DNA of 59,554 nucleotides, filler included, from Dugesia japonica (lineage: Eukaryota), in the NCBI GenBank assembly GCA_001938525.1. It is 6 parts of 6 records of this genome, joined end to end, with 100 filler letters (N's around TTAATTAATTAA, not from the genome) between each part and the next. Parts side by side here need not be neighbours in the genome. Positions count along the whole stretch, not along the records: positions 48,638 to 59,554 come from MQRL01647710.1; 5 more parts are not named here. The stretch is one strand, 5' to 3'. Below are positions 48,991 through 59,554 of this stretch, piece after piece. The notes beneath the pieces were generated by a model, which was given only the letters and a program-made list of their open reading frames with translations, did not search any database and was not told the origin of the DNA. The first letter of the stretch is position 1; every line of letters begins with the position of its first letter. The translations under genes were made by a program, and so were the position numbers.

Positions 48991-51904
48991 TAACTTGTTG
49001 TCATACTATACTATACTTGAAATACTATCAAGTACTAAAACAATGAAAGTTTTGATCAAAGCTTTTAATCTAATGAAATCTCAAATACGACAAATGGTCA
49101 AGTCCAAAAATTCTTCTCGTAATAATTGTAATTGTAAAACTTGTTATCATGTCATACTTCAACTTCCATCACATTCTCTATTTCTTGAAATATATGAAGA
49201 TACATTTCCTTGAAATAAACATTTTAATTTACAGTTTTCTTTTCCCTTCTTTACCAATGGAGATGCTTTTGAAGCCCCAGTTCTGTTTTCCATAAAAGAA
49301 CATTGCTGCATAACAAATTACATACGGCTGTAAAGTGTCATATTCGACCAGTAGGTCTACATTAGGCATATCAGTTTTAACAGCTCACGAAAAACTCTTT
49401 CATTTTGAGAATTGAAAGGAATTTGTAATGAACAATTACATATTTACATCTCCTTGTCGATTTTTCATTGGCTCAAAAGCTTTCATTCAATATCTCTTTT
49501 AATTAACTTTTGGGGTCCTGTTTTTTTTTCGAAGTTACTTTTTAATTGATTTCTTTTAAAACGTGCAATTAGATTGTCAAATTAATGTTTCTTAATGTTT
49601 CCGAAAATTCAGGTGAGACCTTGGAACGTTAGAAATTTAGATGTAAGATTCTCCATCTTAAATATATTTAACTTGCATCTCAAAGTCAAATACTGGTCTT
49701 TGTTCTGTCATAAAGTTAGCAATAACTCATAATAACTGAAATTTAAATAATTCAATAACAATGAAATAATAAAGGAATACTTAATTGTTATTCTAATCAA
49801 CCAATCAGAATCAGTTAATCGCGCGCTTACAACATGATACAAATTGCACTAACAAATCGAATTAAATTTCCCGGTTGTTTAATGGCTACCTTGTATAAAT
49901 AAGAAGATTTGCAAAATGTGAATCTAATTGATTTCTAAATATCGATTCATTGATAATTTCACAAATAAAATAATTAACTATTTCAAATGTTTTATGGTTT
50001 CGTTTATTTATATTTTATCTGAATAAAATATATTTCAATTGCAAATTTAAACAAAAATCGAATTTCTAGAAATTACACTCTAATTGACTAGATCAATTGA
50101 TAATGTTAATATTTTAATAGATTAGCACATTGATGTTGTAAATCGTTCATTTCAAAGTCGTCTTAATTATCTCATTAGAGTTTTAGATTTATTTTTGATG
50201 TTTTTTCTTATGATAAATTCAAACGATTACTGTTAGGGCTAATTTTCTTTAAAACAAAGTAATTTATGATTTTCATATAGCGTATAACATATAACAAACA
50301 ATTTTTCAAATATTATTTAAAAATATTGTTTTAATTTTTCTTTCAGAAATACGAATTTCAAAACTTATATTAACAAGTTTAACTAATTTTACTAATAATA
50401 ATTATTAGTTAAAATTTATTATTAAATGTTATCAATTGTTATCTATTAGTATTATTAATATTATTACTGTATGGACAAAACATCAAAAATAAAAATTGAA
50501 AAAGTTGTATAAATAAAATCATCAGAAAATTGTAGTAAAATTTTCAACAAACACGTAATACAAACTGGAAATAATTTGCCAAAAATATAAACGAATTAAA
50601 TTAAAAGAAAATCAATAATAAATAAGTAACAGATATTACTATAAATCAATTTCCATTTCGATTAATACAGATAATTTACGAACAATAAAAACATTAATCA
50701 AATTATTAAACGAACTAATAATTAAATCAATAGATTTTGGAATATTAATGAAACGCACTAAACTCAAATAATTTATCAACAAATTGAATTAATTTTGAAT
50801 TTATTCCACCGAATCAAAAACATAAATTACTCTTAAAAGACTATAAATACCCCAGAAAATTTGGAAAAAAGGAGGTTTGAAAACAAATTGCAGCTACATT
50901 GTGATCATCTCACATTTTCATTCGGTTAGAAATTTCCAAATTCAAACACACCAATAAAATTTAAGATTTATATTCTACACCAAATCACAAGATAGGGATA
51001 TCGGCATACAACCCAGCAAATTCGGTACCGATTGCCAACTAGGAATAGAGAAAATTGTTCAAGCTAGTATGCAAAAGTATAAAGCATAAGACAGCTGATA
51101 AAAAATCATAAAAAAAATTTTTACTTAGCGTATTTTTCAAACCAATTCAAAAATAGTTTATCTCAATCAATTCAGAAATCGTTTAATTTTTCTCAACAAA
51201 GAAGTCGCCATTTTATAGGCCATTTTGTTTGGTCAAATTCAATATTTTTTTTTAATTTTAAAAATTTAGCCTCCTGATCTCGATACATTTAAGACATTAT
51301 TGTAGCCCAATTTAATGAGATGATACTCTTATCGCATTTAATAAACCGAAAGTAATCATGAAATAATATTACGATCACAATTAATAAACTGAAATTATTT
51401 TGTGCAATTCAATGAGAGCGTCTGGCGTCGCAATCAATCGGGAGCTTCTATTGCTCGCAACAAAAAAAACTACATAAAATCGGTGCACGCCTGCACTCCC
51501 TCAAGGAATCACCGACGCTACCTAAAATACCGGTCTCAGGACGTCCGGGTAAATCATTGATGGGTGTTGTTGATTACACTTAGATCGGCCATATATCAAA
51601 ATAAAACAACCCACACCCCAACATTATTATTTTTATAGTAATAATTATTAAAGTATTAATAATCGAATTAAATAACACTTATTCATTAGTTTTTTAAAAT
51701 AAATTGTATATCAAACGTTTGTCATTTATTAATTCCCTAAACTTCCAATTCTAGATTAAAATAATACCAAAAGATAAGACATCCTTGTCAACAAAACAGT
51801 ATAAAAATGAATGTCACATAATTGATACAAACTAATTAACAAGATAATTAGCAAATAATAATTAATTAATATGAAATTATTATATAACCAAGTAAAAGAA
51901 ATTA

Positions 51905-52670
51905 TAGGGTGTTTCAAAAAAACAGCGCTATAAAATATTTCTGAAAAGTAAACAAAAAAAACAGAGAAACTGTACTACAGATGCATATGCATATTAGAGA
52001 AATCTCTGCTCTTACAAATCTCAGCATTAGTTCAGTATATCGAATTTTAGTGATGGTTTAACAGATAAATAATTGCTTTGCAATTAATACGACTGGCCTA
52101 TTATAATTGTGTTTAATTATGCAGCTATACAATTGAATTTTAACCAAATAACTTGCTTCGGCAGTCGTCTGTATATAAAGATCTGGTTGATCCTGCCAGT
52201 GTCACATGCTTATCTCAAAGATTAAGCCATGCATGTCTAATTACACAGTTTCATAAACTGAAATCTAAAGAAAGAAGGTGAGTTCCTCATCGAATAACAA
52301 AGAATCACAAAGTCCAAAGAATAAATTTAGCACAAAAGTTGCTTAGAAATCTGAACATTCATACTGTTGTCATTGACGAAAAATGGATATATAATGATCC
52401 TTTACCTTTTTGACAGCATAATTCATACTGGGTGGTGGCAAATGGTCACCAGCTAACAATTGCCAGAAGAACAATATCAGACATAAAATTTCATATAATA
52501 GTTGCCTGTCATTTTTGTGGTGATTTCCGCTTTCAAGTTTTTGAGCGTAACAAATCTATTAATGCTGGTTGTTATGAAGATTTCCTTCAAACTATCTTAA
52601 ATATGAAAAGAGTTGGACACTTAAAACTCATGCATGACAATGCTCACCGCCATGTGGCTGTCATGACACA
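51905..52670 (+). mobile_element. Decayed mariner-like transposon interrupted by an rDNA fragment
   Basis: TA-TAGGGTGTTTCAAAAAAA terminus; HTH IREISALTNLSISSVYRIL; *VPHRIT; VVIDEKWIY; LMHDNAHRH. Confidence 0.75.
52181..52263 (+). rRNA. 18S rRNA 5' fragment (non-functional pseudogene)
   Basis: ATCTGGTTGATCCTGCCAGT-GTCACATGCTTATCTCAAAGATTAAGCCATGCATGTCTAA is the universal eukaryotic SSU 5' end with a few substitutions; it stops after ~80 nt. Confidence 0.93.
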
Positions 52671-52862
52671 CACACACATATATATATATAGTTTGAAAAA
52701 AAGCGCTAATTTGTTCATAAAATTTACCAATTGTGAAAATAAAGCTATAATTTCATTAATAGATTTCAGAGATTCTTTGCATTCATCAATAATTGCAAAT
52801 TTTTCTTCAAAGTTATTGTTTCTTACAGTCATTCTATAACTGTTTCCATATTTTTAGATATA

Positions 52863-52937
52863 TAAGGTGCAACCTTTTAAAAAAATGTATAATCTTTAAA
52901 AAGAAATAGTGTTACTTATACGCCTGTTTGCACCTTA
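52863..52937. mobile_element. Mini TA-flanked inverted-repeat element
   Basis: TA-TAAGGTGCAA ... TTGCACCTTA-TA. Confidence 0.55.
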
Positions 52938-53030
52938 TACGTGGATTTTGTATAACATTTACAAATAAATATTAATTGCTTATATATTAATTATTTATAA
53001 AAAGTTTTAAAATTTTTAAAAACATTGACA

Positions 53031-54530
53031 ATGAGTTCCATGAAAGGAATTTAATATAATGCAGAATTTAAATTGAAAGTTATCAAATATGCAAAGTAAT
53101 GTAACAATCGTGCAACAGATAAAGAATTTGGGATAAATGAATTCATGGTTCGAGGTTAAGAGGATGATCTACCTCAGACTAAATATTAAGTAGTTGCATT
53201 AATTCTGGCAGTTTGTTTTAATTAACTAACTTATTAAATATTTCAGCGATAATTTAAATCAATCGGTAAGATTTGTTCAGTATTAAGTATATTATTTAGT
53301 TAAGTTGTACAGCAAACGAAAACCGATTCATTTAATATGACTAGTTTTTTTTCCAAAAAATGCACATTTGCGAGAGGCGTTGAGTTTTTGTTTTCATCTC
53401 AAAAGAAGTGCTGCAGAAAGTTATAGGATGCTTTCAAAAGCTTATGGCAACCATGCTCTGTCTGAAACAAGCTGTCGTGAAAGGTTTCTTCAATTGAAAA
53501 TGGGTGATTTTGATTTGCACGATAAACAACGTCCAGATCAACCAAAGCGCTTTTCATATGACATGTTAGAAAAGGTGTTGATCAAAGATCGGATCAAAAC
53601 AATTGAAACAATGTCAAAAATCAATTATGCAAATAAATTTACCATAAGCAGACAATTAAAAGCCATTGGATACAAACAGAAAGTCGGTAAATGGTTGCCT
53701 CGTCAATTAAAAAAAGCAAATATCGCATTACGATTAGACATTTGTCAGACGCTGCTCAGCAGCAAAGGAAAAAGTCCTTTTTACATCGCATTGTTACTAG
53801 TGAGGAAAAATGGATTTCTTATGAAAATCAAAAACTAAGAAAATCATCGGTGAAACTTGGTCAACCCGGAAAATCAACACCAAAATGAGACTTGAATGTA
53901 ATCCAGGTGATGCTATCCATTTTTTTGAATCATGTGGGATAATTTATTTTGAGCTTCTGAACAAAAGTGAAATGGTTGATGGTTGGCGGTATCAACAACA
54001 ATTAATAAAATAGAGGCAAGCATTGTACAAAAAACGGCCAGATTATTCCAAAAAACATGGTGTTGCTACAATACTTCAATATTAAAGAGGAATACGATAC
54101 CAGAATTTAGATGGGAAGTTTTACCCCATTTGCCATACTTACCAGACATTGAACCAAGTGATTACCGTATTTTTCGCTCAATGCAAAATGGCTCTTGTGA
54201 ACAGTACTTCTATAATCATTATGATGTCCAGAAATGGCTTGACTAATGGATAAATTCCAAGGAATAAAAATATTTTAATTGTAGAATTCAATTGTTTGCC
54301 AGAAAGGTGAGAAAATGCTGTTAGCAATAATGGACGCTTCTTTGAATGAGACGTTATGTAAAAATAAATGTATTTAGAGTTTTTATTTACATTTCTTCCT
54401 ATTATTAGAAAACAGCGAGAATTAATGCAACTACCTAATAACTCAAGAAAGCTTTCAAATGTGGCAATATTAAACTTGAACAGAACTTGAAAGTGAAATT
54501 AAAAGAAGGGTTGATGATGCTTTGGCAAGT
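53031..54530 (+). mobile_element. Pogo-family (Brinker DNA-binding domain) transposase 5' remnant, split by a mariner
   Basis: YNAEFKLKVIKYAK*CNNRATDKEFGINEFMVRG before the mariner; LKKAFKCG..ELESEIK after it. Confidence 0.6.
53186..54438 (+). mobile_element. Near full-length mariner transposon, frameshifted transposase
   Basis: TIRs TTAAGTAGTTGCATTAATTCTGGCAGTTT / AAACAGCGAGAATTAATGCAACTACCTAA with TA TSD; WLPRQL, FLHRIVTSEEKWISYEN, WEVLPHLPYLPDIEPSDYRIFRSMQN. Confidence 0.95.
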
Positions 54531-54779
54531 AATCAATATGATTTATTAATTATAGAGCCTCAAATAGTTCAGTGTTTCGATTCAAATGTTGGAGATGAAA
54601 ATTTTAATAAATTGGAATAAACTAATGGTATAAAGATCTTTTATTATTATTAAATTTAACATTTATGTTTTAAATATTCCTTATTCTGAGGGCTTTAAGG
54701 ATTTTAAAAATGGTTTGCTAAAATTTTCAGTAAATCTCCCAAATTTTAAAATTGTCTTTCGGTCTTTTAAAATTTTAAG

Positions 54780-55270
54780 TGCGTTCAGTAATTAGTGTAC
54801 GAATCCTTATGGATTGGTTTCTAATCTTATTTATAAATATGAGTGTAATGGGTGTAACGCCACATACATTGGAGAGANNNNNNNNNNNNNNNNNNNNNNN
54901 NNNNNNNNNNNNNNNNNNNNNNNNNNNNNNNNNNNNNNNNNNNNNNNNNNNNNNNNNNNNNNNNNNNNNNNNNNNNNNNNNNNNNNNNNNNNNNNNNNNN
55001 NNNNNNNNNNNNNNNNNNNNNNNNNNNNNNNNNNNNNNNNNNNNNNNNNNNNNNNNNNNNNNNNNNNNNNNNNNNNNNNNNTCTAAATCTTTATTGAATA
55101 TCTTTATTTAATTTGAATTTTTTTGGGTTGTTACATAATTGATTGCATAATACAGCATTTTAATATAAATACTCTATTCATAGTTTAAAACAGTTTGCCT
55201 GAAGATGACAGATATGCTGTCGAAACTTCGAAACACCGATAGGAAAATTGGTTTATACGTCAAAATAAAT
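54780..55270 (+). mobile_element. Penelope-like retroelement 3' remnant (GIY-YIG endonuclease plus pseudo-LTR)
   Basis: SNLIYKYECNGCNATYIGE is the PLE-type GIY-YIG motif; a hammerhead-like core and AATAAA follow downstream. Confidence 0.75.
55190..55251 (+). ncRNA. Degenerate type I hammerhead ribozyme (Penelope-associated)
   Basis: CTGAAGA (55199-55205), T, stem II GACAG-atatg-CTGTC, GAAAC; partial stem I cagtttgc / g(g)aaaattg. Stem III region disturbed by a tcgaaac duplication. Confidence 0.6.
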
Positions 55271-58200
55271 GGTGACTGTAAGATTATTTTGAAAGCATTA
55301 TTACAAACTTTATTCAATGCAAACATTTTTAGAAAATCATATAAAAAACTTTGATTAAATCTTTTTTCTAAATTTCCACACGTTGTTTTAAAAAAAACTC
55401 AAATATTTAAACAAACACACTATTACCACAATAAGAATAAATAATAAGTGTCTACCAATATTTCCCTACTACTTTTGCAGTTCCATTACATGTGTAACCA
55501 TTTGTTTGTTTTTCTATGCATGGCATTTTTCACAGTGGATTCCAGAAATCAATGATAAACAATGATAAATAATTAAAACATTTGATGCATTACAGAATTT
55601 GTATAGCTATTCGTGAAAATGCATTGAAATTTAATTTAATTTCTTCATTTACTTACATGTTAAAATTTCAGCTTTTTAAAAACTATTGTTTAACGCTAAA
55701 ATCCTGAAGTAAAATTGCCTCATTATCAGCATCAATAATATCACTCATATCGAAATTTTATGTTTTATTTACGAATTTAAATTATTTCCTATCTAAATCA
55801 ACTTATAATAATATGTTAAAAATTATAAAACGAAAAATATTATAAAAAAAAAAATTTCCAGGGGAAATTATAAAATACATTTTCAAACATTAGCATAATT
55901 ATAAACAAAAATTGATTAAAGAGGATAAACCTAATGTTGTTATAATAATCATAGTAATTAAAATAAACATAAATAAATTTATTAAAAATAATATAATAAA
56001 AAAGTGTAATAACAAAAATTCTTTTTTAATTCTTAATTTTAATAAAATTAATATAAAATTAATAATTTTAATTTATATTTATATTAATTATAATATAAAT
56101 AAAAAATTAAACATTTATATAAAGTACATAATTCACACTTTAAATAAAAACCGAAATAAAACATATAATTAAAATAAATAAAAAAATTTTAAAAAAAATT
56201 TTTATATTTTAATTTTTTTATTTAAAAAAATTAATGTAGTATATGATGATTATAATAAAAATAAATTTTAATAAATTTAAAATAAAATACACTTAAATAA
56301 TAAAACATTTTAAAATTTTAATTTAATTTAAATTTAGATCTAATGATATTTAAATAAAGTAGAAAACAATTATGTAAAAAGTTTCAATTATCGTTTAAAT
56401 CTATCAAAAAGTCATAATATTCCTGAAGAAGACAATTCAATAAACCAACAATTAAACAACAAATTAATTTGGTTTTTATTTTTATTTGATTTTAATTTGA
56501 TTTTTTTAACAATTTAAGCTATTATTTCAATGGAATCTGAAAACGATCAATGGTTAAGTCCAACAATTATTCTCGCAATAATTCTAATTTTAATACTTTA
56601 ACAAATCTAAATATATTTTTAATAAATTTACATGTATATTAAATTTTATTTATATTTTTAATTTAATTACATCAGCTTTAATGAAAAAACATTTAAAACA
56701 ATAATTATATTTACTTTTACAGTTGTAAGTAAAAATTAATTTTAAAAGCAATTTTTTTCAGATTTCAGCTTTGATTATTTTTTCGAAAATTTTAAATTAA
56801 AATAATTTGAATTTTAAATATTTTAAAAAGTTTAATTTTAAGATATCTCAAAATCTTAAAATAGATTAAATATAAAAAAATTAAAATTAATAGAATTAAT
56901 AACAACTTAAAATAAACAAAAATATTTTTGGAAAATATTAGATAAATAGTAGTTGCGCATGAAGCCACCTCCCTATCTAGCTGACGCCATCACATTCAGG
57001 AGCTCTGAATTTTTATATAGTGGGTTAGGTAATCAATTAATTCATATAACTTCATGCATATATTTACTTTTTAATAACCATTGATTACGTCATCATTACA
57101 CATTAGTTACATAATAATTAAAAAATTACGTAGCAGTTTGAATTATATCACAATTACGTCATTTATTACGTGGCCGCTCGGAAATTTTCCTTTCTTTTAA
57201 CGGATATTAATTTTAAATTAGGTTTTAAATTTTTTCAAAAATAATTTTCATTGTCCAAAAATGACAATTTTTATACCAATCTGCTGAGAATTTCCTTGGG
57301 ATCAGTTTTTGTAAATATTTTATTCCAAAATTTTACCATCAACAAATGAGCGAAATTTACATAATCCTATAAAACATACTTACTTGGCTTTTGTTGTCCA
57401 ATGTCCATAAATAAATTTTGTTATTGGAAATATACTTGTAAGAACTGGTTTTCTCAGTTTATTTCACATGTTTCATTTAGTGAAGTGTGCGAATTGTAAA
57501 TGGTCTGATAAAATAAATTAACATTTTCAAAAAAGGCGAAAAAGTTTTTGTGTAACAAAAAGAGTCTTTTCGAAAAANNNNNNNNNNNNNNNNNNNNNNN
57601 NNNNNNNNNNNNNNNNNNNNNNNNNNNNNNNNNNNNNNNNNNNNNNNNNNNNNNNNNNNNNNNNNNNNNNNNNNNNNNNNNNNNNNNNNNNNNNNNNNNN
57701 NNNNNNNNNNNNNNNNNNNNNNNNNNNNNNNNNNNNNNNNNNNNNNNNNNNNNNNNNNNNNNNNNNNNNNNNNNNNNNNNAATTGATTACTTAATAAACT
57801 GTATAGAAATTCTAAGCCACTGTATGTGATTGCGTCAGCAAACGTGGATGTTATTCGGTTAGTAACTATCTATTTTTTGAAAATAATAAGTATAATAAAG
57901 TTTAAAATTTAAAATTAATAATTAATTAAAAATTAATAATTAATTAAATATTATTAATTAATTAAAAATGAATGAATTTAATTTAAAAGTATTAATATAA
58001 TTTTTAAAAAAAATTTTTAAATTTCTTTAATGAAAATCTTTCAATAAAAAAAAACAAATTTATGTTTTTATTTTTTATTTTTTAATATATTCAATGGATA
58101 CAAAAAACTCAACAATGATATTCTAAGACTCACCTAACAACAGTAAATTTAAAAAAAATAATTAAAATTCCTCAAAATCGGAATCGATTTCTAAAAGAAA

Positions 58201-58340
58201 TTTACGACTTAAATTCATTTGTTCTTTAGAATTTGTGTTTTAAGTATTTATTTTATATTTATTATATTTGATAGCTTAAATAAACCACGATAACACATCC
58301 TTTTAACAAAATTAAAACAAAATATTTTTTTAAAACTTAC

Positions 58341-59301
58341 TAAGTATGTCAAATAGGATATTTTAGGCAAACATTGATTAACAACAAATTTAAATGCTAT
58401 CAATGTTAGAACAAGTGTGTACGACAGTTGCAGCCTATTTTGAGGTAGGTCTTTATCAACAGCAAATGTGACAAGAGACAATGAGCAGATCAAAAACTAG
58501 AAAACCGTAATCATCATTTAACGTTATACTGGTAATCTAATTATTACTGTCACTAAAAACAAATTCCACAAAAAATAAGCCGGTCTTCTTGCAGCCCGAC
58601 ATTGAACAAGTAAAGCTGGTCTAATAGAAAGTGGATCGGCATATTCAAAAATCATATCCTTTTGTTCTGATTCAATATTTTTATAAAGAAACCATTCTTG
58701 TTCATCTTGTATTGTAATAATAAATTATAATTCATAAACAAAAATAAAATTTTCAATCCAACCTACAAAAGACTGCTTATTGATTCTGTGAGGTTCATCG
58801 GGATCATTAACCAATCGGATTTCTGATGTAGATAAAGTCGTTGCTACGGTTATTGTTAAATCCTAAATTGAATGAACAAATCAAATCAAATAATATACCA
58901 ATTAAAGAAAGAAAAACATTGTCTCACTTGAACATCAAACGGAAAATGATTTAATTCCAGATTTTCTAAAAATACACCAGAAACTCTTCTTTTTTCACAA
59001 AGAAAAGCATGCCCAAATTCATTAAACGTAATCATTTGATAAACATGTTCTCTTGGATCACCAACTGTATTTTCTACATAGAGTTTTGGAGTCCAACATT
59101 TCGACCAATCATAATTCTTGACAAAAATTTTAATTTTAAATTCATTGTAGATTAATTAATAAAGCTTACTAATCCGTCTACATGATAATCTAGACTCGGT
59201 TCTCTCCATTTTGCTTTTACAATAATATCTGCTGTAAATTGTTCTTTAATTGTATCGATTTCCCCAATTTTTAAAAACACCACACAAATATAAACTTGAC
59301 G
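58341..59301 (-). CDS. Cys-less pentameric ligand-gated ion channel subunit (partial); exons 59301-59170, 59116-58928, 58862-58763, 58705-58548, 58496-58341
   Basis: FLKIGEIDTIKEQFTAD, WTPKLYVEN, GVFLENLELNHFPFDVQDL, QEW, RRPAYFLWN (TM1), NRLQLSYTLVLTLIAFKF (TM2), LPKISYLTYL. Four in-frame GT-AG introns of 51-65 nt. The first exon and TM3/TM4 exons were not located. Confidence 0.9.
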
Positions 59302-59554
59302 CTATAATTACAATGAAAATCAATGATTTTTTTAAATTGAAATTATGAATTTGTCTTTATTAGAAAAATTCATATCTTATTAATCATAAATTAAAAGATT
59401 AGATATCAAAATATAGCACGTAATGAATATTTATATTATTAATTAATTATTTTATTTCATTTTTCGAAAATATCGTTTTCTATTTTAATCGTCTTAATGT
59501 CTACGAAGATAATCTTGATAAAATAATCGTTACAAAAATAATATAATAATAACA

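Noticed and set aside
50880-51100. Possible non-LTR RT fragment (IQPSKFGTDCQLGIEKIVQA)
   Set aside because: A single short motif resemblance without supporting RT blocks.
51520-51600. U2 snRNA-like motif (gatctaagtgta) on the minus strand
   Set aside because: Lacks the U2 5' stem, an intact GUAGUA branch-pairing sequence and the downstream conserved region.
4342-57829. ORFs made largely of X residues, and short F/I/L/K/N-rich ORFs
   Set aside because: Artefacts of N gaps and extreme AT content.

Overview
Very AT-rich, repeat-dense animal DNA with short GT-AG introns (41-79 nt) and (AAT)n tracts. The overall picture is compatible with a planarian-type invertebrate, but the taxon is inferred only. 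Five artificial N44-TTAATTAATTAA-N44 spacers split the window into six pieces of about 8-11 kb, so adjacency across spacers is not trustworthy. Host genes: an intronless TRAF (157-1656, -), a 7-exon mitochondrial processing peptidase beta subunit (39319-42471, +), a GNB1L/ASA1-like WD40 gene (43869-44816, +) and part of a Cys-less pentameric ligand-gated ion channel (58341-59301, -). Most of the rest is decayed mobile DNA: several Ty3/gypsy copies, a Polinton/Maverick-type PolB remnant, mariner, pogo, Tc1 and Zator-like remnants, several MITEs, a Penelope remnant with a degenerate hammerhead ribozyme, and an 18S rRNA 5' fragment inserted in a mariner. The most unusual signal is a cassette of four small orphan ORFs present in two diverged copies (16153-17968 and 21031-22731), each antisense and 3' of a gypsy integrase. 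In three of the ORF types, codon 1 is a splice-acceptor-like TTTAG|TG (5 of 6 cases) that aligns with a real ATG in the sixth. This suggests the start codons are built by splicing to a shared leader exon ending in A; a candidate LTR TATA box and an A|GTAAGT donor lie upstream of copy 2.
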